Source: Chloroflexota bacterium
GTDB taxonomy: Bacteria; Chloroflexota; UBA11872; VXOZ01
Assembly (NCBI GenBank): GCA_964291655.2
Contig: OZ219801.1
Location: 704,001 to 768,000 of the forward strand
Direction of reading: 5' to 3'
DNA: 64,000 bases
Positions 40,444-50,020 of the stretch are shown piece after piece. Position 1 is the stretch's first letter; each line of letters starts with the position of its first letter. The position numbers were made by a program, and so were the translations under genes. The notes beneath the pieces are model-generated. The model was not told where the DNA came from. It worked only from the letters and a program-made list of their open reading frames with translations, and did not search any database.

Positions 40444-41322
40444 TTACGGCGCCTCAACGAGTTCTCTCTGCTCATCGGCAAGAAACGGCGGTTCGGCTGC
40501 GCGCACGTTGGCCTCAAGTTCCTCCGTGTTCATCACGCCGGTGATGCACGCCCCCACGTGCGGATAGGAGAGCACGAACTTGATCGCGGCTGCGTGCAGG
40601 GACTCAACCGGCGGCTTGACGAGCGCCGCCGTCAGGCGTTCCACAGTTGCCGCGTCTTGAAAGAGCCGCCCGGAGGCGAAAGGCGACCGCGCCAACACGC
40701 CAACCCCTTTCTCCGCGCAGAGCGGAAAGAGCTCTGCCGCCGCCTCTTGCAGCGCCACGCTATACGAAACCTCAACCACGTCTGCGCAGCCCTGCCGCAC
40801 AGCCTCTAGGCAGGCCGCTACGGAAGACGAAAGCCCAATGCTGCGCACCTTGCCGGCCTGTTTCAGTTCGCGCAGTGTCTCCCAGGGTTCTTCGCGTTTG
40901 ACAACGTCCACCGGCGGATCGTGCAGGAGGTACGCGTCGATGTAGTCGGTCTGCAAGCGGCGCAGGCTCAGTTCACATTCGTGGCGAATGTACCACGGCT
41001 CATAGCATTGCGGCTGGGGCACGCCCCGCTGTTGAAAGAGCGTCTGCGCCCCATCTATGCCCACCAGGTAGCCCGCCTTCGTGATGAGCACCGTGTCTGC
41101 GCGCCGCCCGCGCAATGCTTCGCCCAGAATTACCTCCGAGCGACCGTTGCCGTAAGCGTCAGAGGCGTCATAGGTGGTGACACCGAGATCCAAGGCGCGA
41201 TGCAGGATTTCGACGCTATCTTCGGCATCTATCGGTCCCCACCACAGCCCACCGAGTTCCCAGGTTCCCAGCGCGAAGGCTGAGACATCGATTCCGGTTG
41301 TGCCTAGTTTGCGCGTTTCCAT
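40444..41322 (-). CDS. Aldo/keto reductase
   Basis: LGTTGIDVS, DASDAYGNGRSE, TKAG, SLRRLQTDYID..LLH, GKVRSIGLS. Confidence 0.92.
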   Translation of the reverse strand: METRKLGTTGIDVSAFALGTWELGGLWWGPIDAEDSVEILHRALDLGVTTYDASDAYGNGRSEVILGEALRGRRADTVLITKAGYLVGIDGAQTLFQQRGVPQPQCYEPWYIRHECELSLRRLQTDYIDAYLLHDPPVDVVKREEPWETLRELKQAGKVRSIGLSSSVAACLEAVRQGCADVVEVSYSVALQEAAAELFPLCAEKGVGVLARSPFASGRLFQDAATVERLTAALVKPPVESLHAAAIKFVLSYPHVGACITGVMNTEELEANVRAAEPPFLADEQRELVEAP

Positions 41323-41520
41323 TGGCGCTCTCCTCTATTCCATTGGGAGCCAACCTACGACTAGCCATTGCCACCTCACTGCGAGTAGTATACGCGAGAC
41401 CGACAACAAGAGTGTCCAAACCCAAACTCACCGCTTCTTAAATTCCTTTGAGTAGACTAGGGCCTGGAATGTAGAGCTATGAGTGTCAACCGTGCAAGGC
41501 TATTCCCGGCATGTCATTCT

Positions 41521-41761
41521 TGTAAATGTCAGGTAATTCGTTGACAGATTTGGCACAAGAAACATGGGAGCAGAACTCTGTGCTCACCTACACACATGTC
41601 ATTCCGAACGGAGCGTAGCGGAGTGAGGAATCTAGAGTGCTGAGGCCGTGAAAGTGTGTTGAGCAGGGACCCTAGATTCCTCGCTACGCTCGGAATGACA
41701 AGGCCTTGTAGCGCTTTCTACGGGAAAGCAAATTCTGTCAACGAATTACTCAACACTTACA
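41521..41761. mobile_element. 241-bp TGTAA-ended MITE (D) carrying a TGTCATTCCGA REP doublet, inserted in a related REP
   Basis: TIR TGTAAATGTCAGGTAATTCGTTGACAGA / rc TGTAAGTGTTGAGTAATTCGTTGACAGA; TSD ATTCT (41516-41520, 41762-41766); removal restores GTCATTCTGAGGAGCGCAGCGACGAAGAATCT. Confidence 0.85.
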
Positions 41762-42045
41762 ATTCTGAGGAGCGCAGCGACGAAGAATCTCGAGTGCGGG
41801 GATGCTTAGATTCCACGAACCCAGTTTGACGCTGCGTTTGGAATGACTAGAGTTGCGGCCCAGCGGGGATATCAATTCCTAATCTACTCATTCCGACCGC
41901 AGAGACCATTTCTTAGTTCTATGGATTCTGTTACACTTGCACCACTTGTGGTACAAGACGGGACTGATAGATCGGTTTTACGCCCGATAGTTAAGGCAAG
42001 ACACCAGCCTCAATCTAAGCGCACAATCTGCAAAGGAACGCTCGC

Positions 42046-43662
42046 GTGGCGCAATCGCATGACGTTGCAGATGTCCTAATCATCGGAGCCGGCGCGTCCG
42101 GCGCGGCGGCAGCGTGGTCGTTGGCGTCGGGTGGACTTGACGTGGTCTGCCTGGAGCAAGGCGACTGGGTCGATCCTGCGGACTACCCTCATAGCAGTGT
42201 CGATTGGGAATTGCACCGGCAGACTGACTTCGCCAAAGATCCCAACGCGCGGCAGCGTCCGGAGGATTACCCCCTCAACAACGATGACACCCCCATCACC
42301 CCGCTCATGTTCAATGCCGTCGGCGGCAGCACCATCCATTGGAGCGGTCACTTTCCGCGCTTCCGGCCCTCCGATTTCCGCGTAAAGACGCTGGACGGCG
42401 TTGCCGACGACTGGCCTGTGACGTATGGGGACCTCGCGCCGTATTACGAGCAGAACGATGCCAACATCGGCGTTTCGGGTCTGAATGGCGACCCCGCCAA
42501 TCCGGAGCGCACGCCCCGCCAAACGCCGCCACTCGGTCTTGATGCCGCTACCAAAGCTTATGTTCGCGGCTTGGAAAAGCTGGGCTGGCACTGGTGGCCA
42601 ACGGACAACGCCCTCATTACTGCGCCCTTTGGCGAAGGGCGGCAGGAGTGCAATTACTGCGGGCCGTGCGACATGGGGTGTCCGCGCGGCGCCATGTCCA
42701 GCGCTCACGTGACGTACTGGCCGATGGCTCTGGCGAAGGGAGTGCGCCTCATCACCCGCGCACGGGTGCGGGAGATCACCGTGGACCGGCGTGGCCGTGC
42801 CAGCGGCGCCGTGTACTACACGGCAGATGGCGGCATAGCTCAACAACGCGCGCGGGTCGTCATCGTCGCGTGCAACGGGGTGGGCACGCCGCGGCTGCTG
42901 CTCAACTCAGTGTCCAGTCTCTTCCCACACGGCCTCGCCAACTCAAGCGGTCTCGTCGGCACGCACCTCATGTTCCATCCCGTGACATTTGTGACTGGCG
43001 TCTTTGCCGAACCGATGAACGGTTACGTGGGCCCACTCGGCATGGTTATTCACTGTCAGGAATTCTATGAGACTGATACAAGCAGAGGCTATGTGCGTGG
43101 ATTTCAACTCCAGATGGGTCGCGAGAGCGGCCCTCTCTCCACTGCTCTTGGCAACTTTCCCGGTGAAAAGGTCCCGTGGGGCTCGGAACACCATCGCGTA
43201 CAACGCGAGCGCAGCGCTCACACGCTTACGATCGGCGTCATGATCGAAGACCTGCCCGAGGCGCACAATCGTGTTGAAATTGATGCCACCCTGACGGACA
43301 GCAATGGCATTCCGGCACCGAGGATTGTGTACAAAGTGAGTGAGAATAGCAGAAGGAGTCTGGATTACGCCATTGCGCGGGCGCGGGACCTTGTGGAAGC
43401 CGCGGGCGCCACACAGGTATTGAACCAACCGCTTACGCGGGAAACGGGGTGGCACTTGATGGGCACCGCGCGCATGGGCAATGATCCCGCCAATTCGGTG
43501 GTAGACCGATACGGACGCGCCCACGACGTGCCCAATCTCTTCATCGTGGACGGGAGTCTCTTTGTCACGTCCGCTGCGGTCAACCCGACCAGTACTATCC
43601 AGGCCCTAGCGCTCCACGTCTCCGACTGGTTGAAGCATAACTTCCGGGAAGTGGCATCATGA
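42046..43662 (+). CDS. GMC family FAD oxidoreductase (gluconate 2-dehydrogenase flavoprotein-like), copy 1
   Basis: IIGAGASG, VGGSTIHW, CNYCGPCDMGC, HLMGTARMG, NPTSTIQALA. Confidence 0.92.
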   Translation: MAQSHDVADVLIIGAGASGAAAAWSLASGGLDVVCLEQGDWVDPADYPHSSVDWELHRQTDFAKDPNARQRPEDYPLNNDDTPITPLMFNAVGGSTIHWSGHFPRFRPSDFRVKTLDGVADDWPVTYGDLAPYYEQNDANIGVSGLNGDPANPERTPRQTPPLGLDAATKAYVRGLEKLGWHWWPTDNALITAPFGEGRQECNYCGPCDMGCPRGAMSSAHVTYWPMALAKGVRLITRARVREITVDRRGRASGAVYYTADGGIAQQRARVVIVACNGVGTPRLLLNSVSSLFPHGLANSSGLVGTHLMFHPVTFVTGVFAEPMNGYVGPLGMVIHCQEFYETDTSRGYVRGFQLQMGRESGPLSTALGNFPGEKVPWGSEHHRVQRERSAHTLTIGVMIEDLPEAHNRVEIDATLTDSNGIPAPRIVYKVSENSRRSLDYAIARARDLVEAAGATQVLNQPLTRETGWHLMGTARMGNDPANSVVDRYGRAHDVPNLFIVDGSLFVTSAAVNPTSTIQALALHVSDWLKHNFREVAS

Positions 43663-43910
43663 GTAGTCCGGATGAATACGGTGTCACCGGAGTTCATGCA
43701 AGATGACTCGCTGACTGTGTTGGCGCAAGTGTGTGTGGCGCGGATCGACAGAGCATCCCCTGAGTTTACCTGCCTTAGTGGGTGTTATTTAGTGGGTTTA
43801 GACACGCCGATTGGGCCCTTGTTTTGGTTTCTACCGGAAACGAGGTCATGTGAAGAAGGTGGTCTTGACCAATTCAATGCTAATCGCAGCGCCTGCTGAG
43901 GAGCGCACCC

Positions 43911-45524
43911 TTGGCACCCGTACGTGACGTGGCAGATGTCTTGATCATCGGCACCGGCGCCTCCGGGGCGGCGGCAGCCTGGTCGCTGGCGGCTGACGGT
44001 CTTGACGTGGTCTATTTGGAGCAGGGCGACTGGATCGACCCCACCGACTACCCTCATCACAGCCCGGACTGGGAATTGCATCGGCAGACCGATTTCGCCA
44101 AAGACCCTAACGTGCGGCAACGGCCGGAAGACTATCCCCTCAATAACGAAGACACGCCCATCACGCCCCTCATGTTCAATGCCGTCGGCGGCAGCACAGT
44201 CCATTGGAGCGGGCACTTTCCGCGCTTCCGACCGTCAGATTTCCGGGCAAAGTCCCTGGATGGAGTTGCCGACGACTGGCCCATGACGTATTGGGACCTG
44301 GAGCCGTACTACGAGCAAAACGATGCCAACATTGGAGTATCAGGAGTGAACGGCGATCCCAGCGGTCCTCCACGTTCGCCCCGGCAAACACCTCCACTTG
44401 GCCTCGACGCTGCCGCGAGAGCGTACATTCGCGGCCTGGATAAGCTGGGCTGGCATTGGTGGCCGACCGACAATGCCCTCATCACCGCCCCCTTTGGGGA
44501 AGGGCGGCAGGAGTGCAACTACTGTGGGCCCTGCGACATGGGGTGTCCGCGCGGCGCCATGTCAAGCGCCCACGTGACCTACTGGCCTGCCGCACTCGCG
44601 AATGGGGCGCGTCTCATCACGCGTGCCCGCGTGCGGGAGATCACCGTGGACCGGCGCGGCCGCGCCTGCGGCGCCGTCTACTATACACAAGACGGCGGCA
44701 TCGCCCAGCAGAGCGCGCGGGTCGTCATAGTCGCCTGCAACGGTATCGGCACACCCCGCCTACTGCTCAACTCAGAATCCAGTCTCTTTCCGCACGGCCT
44801 CGCCAATTCGAATGGCCTGGTTGGGACGCACCTTATGCTTCATCCAATTGCCTTTGCAAGCGGGGTCTTTCCCGATCGGGTCGACGGGCATGCGGGCCCC
44901 GTCGGTCTGCTCTTCCAATGTCAGGAATTCTACGAGACCGATCTGAGCCGAGGTTTCGTGCGCGGTCTCAAGATCCAGCTCTGCCGGGATAGCGGTCCAC
45001 TTTCCACCGCAATTGGCAACTTTTCAGGTGAAGCGGTGCCCTGGGGCGCCGCACACCATCGCATGCAGCGCGAGCGCAGCGCCCATATGCTGGCCATCTC
45101 CATAATGGTGGAAGACTTGCCTGAGCCACACAATCGGATTACGCTCGATCCCACATTGGCGGACGACAACGGCATTCCGGCGCCCAAGATCTCTTACACC
45201 GTCAGCGAAAACAGCCGCAAGGCACTTGATTTCGGCATCGCGCGGGCACAAGACCTACTGGACGCCGCAGGCGCCACAGAAATAAAGTACCAAGCACTTT
45301 CCCGCGATACAGGTTGGCATCTGATGGGCACAGCGCGTATGGGCGACAATCCTGACATGTCGGTCGTAGACCGCTACGGCCGGGCACACGACGTCCCAAA
45401 CCTCTTCATCATTGATGGCAGCCTCTTTGTCACCTCGGCCGCGGCGAACCCCACAAGCACCATTCAGGCTCTTGCCCTTTACGTCTCCGATTGGCTGAAG
45501 CATAATTTCCGTGAGGTAGCATGA
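43911..45524 (+). CDS. GMC family FAD oxidoreductase, copy 2 (tandem paralogue)
   Basis: Same motifs; colinear with copy 1; GAGGAG RBS before TTG. Confidence 0.92.
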   Translation: MAPVRDVADVLIIGTGASGAAAAWSLAADGLDVVYLEQGDWIDPTDYPHHSPDWELHRQTDFAKDPNVRQRPEDYPLNNEDTPITPLMFNAVGGSTVHWSGHFPRFRPSDFRAKSLDGVADDWPMTYWDLEPYYEQNDANIGVSGVNGDPSGPPRSPRQTPPLGLDAAARAYIRGLDKLGWHWWPTDNALITAPFGEGRQECNYCGPCDMGCPRGAMSSAHVTYWPAALANGARLITRARVREITVDRRGRACGAVYYTQDGGIAQQSARVVIVACNGIGTPRLLLNSESSLFPHGLANSNGLVGTHLMLHPIAFASGVFPDRVDGHAGPVGLLFQCQEFYETDLSRGFVRGLKIQLCRDSGPLSTAIGNFSGEAVPWGAAHHRMQRERSAHMLAISIMVEDLPEPHNRITLDPTLADDNGIPAPKISYTVSENSRKALDFGIARAQDLLDAAGATEIKYQALSRDTGWHLMGTARMGDNPDMSVVDRYGRAHDVPNLFIIDGSLFVTSAAANPTSTIQALALYVSDWLKHNFREVA

Positions 45525-46027
45525 TGAGCAAACAACACGTTGATGGTGAGATTCTCACTGAGGAACAGCTAGCGCTCCTGGCAGCGATTCAAAACCGGTT
45601 GATTCCCGCGCAGGATGAAATGCCGGGCGCCGGCGACGCCGGATGCGCCAGCATGCTCGATCGCTTTCTCAGCGAGCGCGCTGCACTGCGCCGTCCCATA
45701 CTTACCGCGCTGAACGCCATCGAGGCGGCAGCCGGCGAGCGACGGCAGGCATCCGCTGAAGACGATGCCGCATCCACGTATGTGGCATTCCTAGCGCTTT
45801 CCGATACTGAACGTGACGATGTGCTCCGTGCCGTTGAATTGGCGCACGAGGACCTCTTTTCTACCTTATTGAATCAGACGTACACCGCCTACTACACAAA
45901 TCCCGCCGTGCTGCTCATTCTCGGCTGGAATCCACCGCAGCCGGAAGGGTTTCCCACCCCACCGCCCTTTGACGAAGCGCTCCTGGCCAACGTGAAGCAC
46001 CGCGGCAAGATTTGGCGGGACGCGTGA
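45521..46027 (+). CDS. Gluconate 2-dehydrogenase subunit 3-like small subunit
   Basis: Overlaps the GMC stop; LAAIQNRLIP..MPGA.DAG, F.AL...ER, AYYTNP...LGW. Confidence 0.8.
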   Translation: MMSKQHVDGEILTEEQLALLAAIQNRLIPAQDEMPGAGDAGCASMLDRFLSERAALRRPILTALNAIEAAAGERRQASAEDDAASTYVAFLALSDTERDDVLRAVELAHEDLFSTLLNQTYTAYYTNPAVLLILGWNPPQPEGFPTPPPFDEALLANVKHRGKIWRDA

Positions 46028-46156
46028 CGGCACATCTGGTTGGGAAGACCGCGGACCATGCCGTCAACACGGCTGCACTTGGGCAGTATTCGGCGACCAA
46101 ACGTAGTCCACTCGTGCTGGCGCCGCGACCCTCGAATGGGATAAGCCTCAATAGAT

Positions 46157-46219
46157 TCGGCCACAGGCCTTAGGAGTATCGGCTACAGGCTTTAGGAGAG
46201 TCGGCCACAGGCTTCAGGT
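46157..46219. repeat. 22-bp tandem repeat x3
   Basis: TCGGC(C/T)ACAGGC at 46157, 46179 and 46201. Confidence 0.75.
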
Positions 46220-46239
46220 CTACCCCCTCTCCTGGGGGG

Positions 46240-46527
46240 TGTACAGACCGGGGACATAGGTAACAGTTGTTCGGGGACATGGGTAACACATTTTACTGAT
46301 TGACACCTACGAGAGCATTGGGTTGGTCCGGGTTTGATAAGAGACTGGCGACACAGTGCACTCACTTTCCGCCTGTCAGCTTGTGCCAGAGAAACAAACA
46401 GTGTGCATAAGGATATTGAGTGGATCTAACTTTCAAGGCAAGGACATCGCATACTACGAAAACCCCCTCGTTCTATGGTGTTACCTATGAGCCCGAACAA
46501 CTGTTACCCATGTCCCCGGTCTATACA
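46240..46527. mobile_element. 288-bp MITE with IS481-type ends (M2), homologue of M1
   Basis: TIR TGTACAGACCGGGGACATAGGTAACA... / ...TGTTACCCATGTCCCCGGTCTATACA; G-run TSD GGGGG (46235-46239, 46528-46532) inside CCCTCTCC...GGAGAGGG. Confidence 0.85.
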
Positions 46528-46694
46528 GGGGGAGAGGGTCGGGGTGAGGGGTTCCCGGCCTTTCCAGTTTCCATGCCTGGCACAGGATACGTAAGTCCTC
46601 CCATATGGCTGTTCATGTGGAGAGAGCCCCAAGAAGTGGTTGGCTTCTGCCCGCTCTGCATGGCACCCGCCAACTGTCTTCGCCGCCACCAACT

Positions 46695-48401
46695 CTAAGG
46701 GCCTTCCCAATGCCGGTAGAAGGCGGAGCGACGCTCACCGACAAGCTGCTCCAGTTCCTCTCCGTGAATCTCGAACTTTTGAAAGACGTGCTGGATCACT
46801 TCAACGCCAGCCTCGAACTCCGGCTGCACTACGTCTGAAGCTCCGGCTTCGCGCAGTCTCTGGATTGCCTCCCGGCTGCTCGCCCGGGCAATAATGTCGA
46901 GCCCCGGGTTCAGAATGCGCGCGTGGCGCACGGCAACTTCCGCCGCCACGTCATCGTGAACGAGCACTGCCAAGAGTGACGCGTCTTCAAGCTTGGCGTG
47001 CGCAAGGACCGCAGGACTGCCCACGTCGCCGTACACCACCGGCACGCCCTTGTCGCGGAGTTCGCTTACCGTCAGCGGATTGTATTCCACAATTACGTAG
47101 TGGATGTTCTGCAAGTCGAGCGCCTCGGCGAGCTCTCGCCCGACCCGTCCGAAACCGAATATTACCGCATGGCCGCGGAACAGGTCCTCCCAATAGGGCG
47201 CGATATCCGGTTCCGCAAACCTCCCGCCAATGACCGGCAAAGCCCGCAGCAAACGAAGAAGCGGCGGTTCGAGCAGCAAGAGAAACGGCGTCAAGAATAT
47301 GCTAATGAGCGCCGTGCTGATGACAAGGTTGAAGATGCCGCTGGGCAACGCTCCCGCTCCAACACTGATCTGTGCCAACACAAAGGAAAACTCGCCAACC
47401 TGTCCCAAGCTCAGCGCGGCGCAAACGGCAGCATGCGCCGGTACGCGCAGCAGAAGGAGCAGAATCATCAATATAACCACTTTACCCAGAACGGCACCGG
47501 CAACCGTAAGACCGACCGCTCCCAAATTGCCGATGAGCCACACAGGGTCAAACAGCATCCCAATCGATACAAAGAAGAGCGATGCGAATAGATCCCGCAG
47601 CGGTACAATCTCAGCCACTACTTGGGTGCGAAATTCTGATTCCGCGACGACAAGCCCGGCCAAGAAAGCGCCGAATGCCAGCGAAAGACCGACGAACTGC
47701 GCCAAAAATGCCGTGCCAAGCGCGATCGCCACAACGGAGAGGATGAGGAGCTCACGCGACTCGCCGTGGGCAATGTGGGTGAGCAGCCAATGTGCCACGC
47801 GCGCGCCGATGAAGTACGCCCCAATGCAGACTGCGGCCGCCTTGCCGGCAAGTAAGAGCAAGTCAAAGACCAAGTCCTCACCACCCGCTGCAAAAGCCGG
47901 GAGAATTACGACCATTGGTACAACCGCAATGTCTTGAAGAATGAGAATGCCAAGCGCAATGCGGCCGTGAAGCGACTGCAATTCCCCGCGGGTCATGAGA
48001 ACCTTGATGACTACCACGGTGCTGGAGAGGGCGACAAGGGCGCCCAGCAGAATACCTTGCGCAAGAGTGAGACCAAGAAAGCTTCCGACAAAGGGTCCAA
48101 TGGCCATCGTCAGAGCAATCTGCCCAATGCCCCCAAGCACAACAATGCGTCCCAGGTGGCGCAGCTCACGCAGCGAGAACTCCGCTCCGACAGCAAAGAG
48201 GAGGAACATCACGCCAATCTCTGCCAGCACCTGGACATCGTGCTGATCGGCATGCAGCACAGGGTTAAACGGCCCAATGGCGATCCCCGCAACCAAGTAC
48301 CCCAAGATTACGGGCAACCCCATACGCTGCGCGACGAGACCCAGCAAGAAGGCCGCGAGCACGGCGACGGAAAGACTCAATACTAATGAAACGTCAGGCA
48401 C
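46695..48401 (-). CDS. CPA2-family cation:proton antiporter with TrkA-N/KTN domain (Kef/YbaL-like)
   Basis: LAEIGVMFLLF.VG.EFS, LSST.VV.K, ILQD, GAFLAG, QVGEFSF, GFGRVG, YGD. Confidence 0.92.
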   Translation of the reverse strand: MPDVSLVLSLSVAVLAAFLLGLVAQRMGLPVILGYLVAGIAIGPFNPVLHADQHDVQVLAEIGVMFLLFAVGAEFSLRELRHLGRIVVLGGIGQIALTMAIGPFVGSFLGLTLAQGILLGALVALSSTVVVIKVLMTRGELQSLHGRIALGILILQDIAVVPMVVILPAFAAGGEDLVFDLLLLAGKAAAVCIGAYFIGARVAHWLLTHIAHGESRELLILSVVAIALGTAFLAQFVGLSLAFGAFLAGLVVAESEFRTQVVAEIVPLRDLFASLFFVSIGMLFDPVWLIGNLGAVGLTVAGAVLGKVVILMILLLLLRVPAHAAVCAALSLGQVGEFSFVLAQISVGAGALPSGIFNLVISTALISIFLTPFLLLLEPPLLRLLRALPVIGGRFAEPDIAPYWEDLFRGHAVIFGFGRVGRELAEALDLQNIHYVIVEYNPLTVSELRDKGVPVVYGDVGSPAVLAHAKLEDASLLAVLVHDDVAAEVAVRHARILNPGLDIIARASSREAIQRLREAGASDVVQPEFEAGVEVIQHVFQKFEIHGEELEQLVGERRSAFYRHWEGP

Positions 48402-48716
48402 GGCAGTGCTCCTGCACTACTCAAAGACTGTGCTCGCTCTCAGCGCAATTCAGAGCCGTCGCTTAGGGAGAATTGCGGCAGAGCACACGATGCGGTTCCT
48501 CGTCATCATGGTACCAGACGGTCCCTCCCACCAATGGTTCGCGGCGCGTCACTCGCAGATACTCTTCGGTCTCCACCGATTGCCGCATTGGGGGATGGTC
48601 AGTGCTTAATTGTTGATCGGTAATCCAGCATTGCCAACCCAGTGAGAAGCTGCTATACTCTCTTGCGGAAGTTGAAGTCTGGGGCTAGGCATTCTCAGCA
48701 AAGATTGGAGTGAGCG

Positions 48717-48941
48717 ATGGGCTTCCTGGATGCATTGTTTGGCAAGAAGAAGTCTGGTGGCGGGGTCCGCACAACAATCAAAGTCGGCCCGGGGGAAACC
48801 CTTCAAGACATCGCACAACGCGAGTACGGCGATGCCGCCAAGTGGGACGTGATTTTCCAAAAGAATAAGTGGCGCTTCGATGGCGAAGACCCAAAGACTA
48901 TCTATCCCGGCATGGACCTAGACATTCCCGAGGTTGACTAG
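48717..48941 (+). CDS. Small cytoplasmic single-LysM-domain protein
   Basis: VGPGETLQDIAQREYGDAAKWDVIFQKN...IYPGMDLDIP; GGAG RBS; no signal peptide. Confidence 0.85.
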   Translation: MGFLDALFGKKKSGGGVRTTIKVGPGETLQDIAQREYGDAAKWDVIFQKNKWRFDGEDPKTIYPGMDLDIPEVD

Positions 48942-48976
48942 GATCAGCCGCTCACAAATCGTATAAACTTAGCTTT

Positions 48977-49016
48977 AGGAAGGGCATTGGCGCAACGCCA
49001 ATGCCCTTCCTTTTTT
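48977..49016. terminator. Intrinsic terminator between convergent genes
   Basis: Perfect 16-bp stem AGGAAGGGCATTGGCG-CAA-CGCCAATGCCCTTCCT followed by a T run. Confidence 0.85.
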
Positions 49017-49863
49017 ACGCGCTCGCCGCCGTCAGCATCTCCCGCAACGCCTTGGCAGATTCTATTGCCGCTGCTTCCGGCGGCCCGCCTGCCACTTGAT
49101 AGTGCATCTCCAACGTGTAGACGCCGTCGTAGCCGTCCTTTGCCAGCGCGCGGAACTGGCCTTCGTAGTCGGTCTCGCCCTTGCCCACCCGGCACGCCTC
49201 TATCTCGCCATTTACCCAACGAGCATCCTTCACGTGCATGTGTGCCAGATGGGGCTGTATTGCCGCGTAATGCTTGGGATACGGGTCTTCCTCCGCCCAA
49301 AGGCAGTTTCCAGGATCCCAGATTGCCTTCAAATGAGGCGAACCGACTGCCTCGATTAGCCGCTGCGACTCTTCGCCCACACCCGCGTAGCACGTCGGCT
49401 CATTCTCCATGCACAGGTCGAACCCATGCTTGGCGGCCATGTCGAGCGCCGGTCCAAACCGCTCCACAACCTTGGGGAATACTTCCTCCGGGTCCTCGTC
49501 TCGCCAGAAAGAGAAGCAGCGTACCACACGCGTACCGAAACGCTCCGCCAGCGCAAAGCAGTGCGGCAAGAGCGCCAAATGCTCTTCATACGTCATTTCC
49601 TGCGCGCCGAAGGTATCGCCTTCAATCTTGCGCTCCCGGCCCTCCAACGGGCACTTGAATATCGGTGTACCGAGTGCGCTGACCTGGATGCCATTCTGCT
49701 TCAGGAGGCGTTGCACGTCATCCAGTCCATCCGGTGAAAGGTCCATCAGGTTCGTGCCGTTGATCGTGCGCAGTTCCGCATACATGATGCCGTGCTCGCG
49801 CATCACGCCCAGCCCAGTGGCAAAGTCCGGATGCACCTCGTCAGTGAATATCCCAATTTTCAT
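49015..49863 (-). CDS. Sugar phosphate isomerase/epimerase (xylose isomerase-like TIM barrel)
   Basis: FTDE, MENE, WDPGN, HMHVKD, GKGETDY, TLEMH. Confidence 0.85.
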   Translation of the reverse strand: MKIGIFTDEVHPDFATGLGVMREHGIMYAELRTINGTNLMDLSPDGLDDVQRLLKQNGIQVSALGTPIFKCPLEGRERKIEGDTFGAQEMTYEEHLALLPHCFALAERFGTRVVRCFSFWRDEDPEEVFPKVVERFGPALDMAAKHGFDLCMENEPTCYAGVGEESQRLIEAVGSPHLKAIWDPGNCLWAEEDPYPKHYAAIQPHLAHMHVKDARWVNGEIEACRVGKGETDYEGQFRALAKDGYDGVYTLEMHYQVAGGPPEAAAIESAKALREMLTAASA

Positions 49864-50020
49864 CGTCGTACCCTTCTCTAATCTGTCGAATTATCCCTGC
49901 GTATTATACAAGAAGCTATTGTCCCACGGCGCGGACGGTCCAGGAGGATGCCCTTGCACATATGTGCCGCACTCATTGCTACAGGGAATCTTGCCCGCGA
50001 GCTCGGTCGGACTTCCGCCG

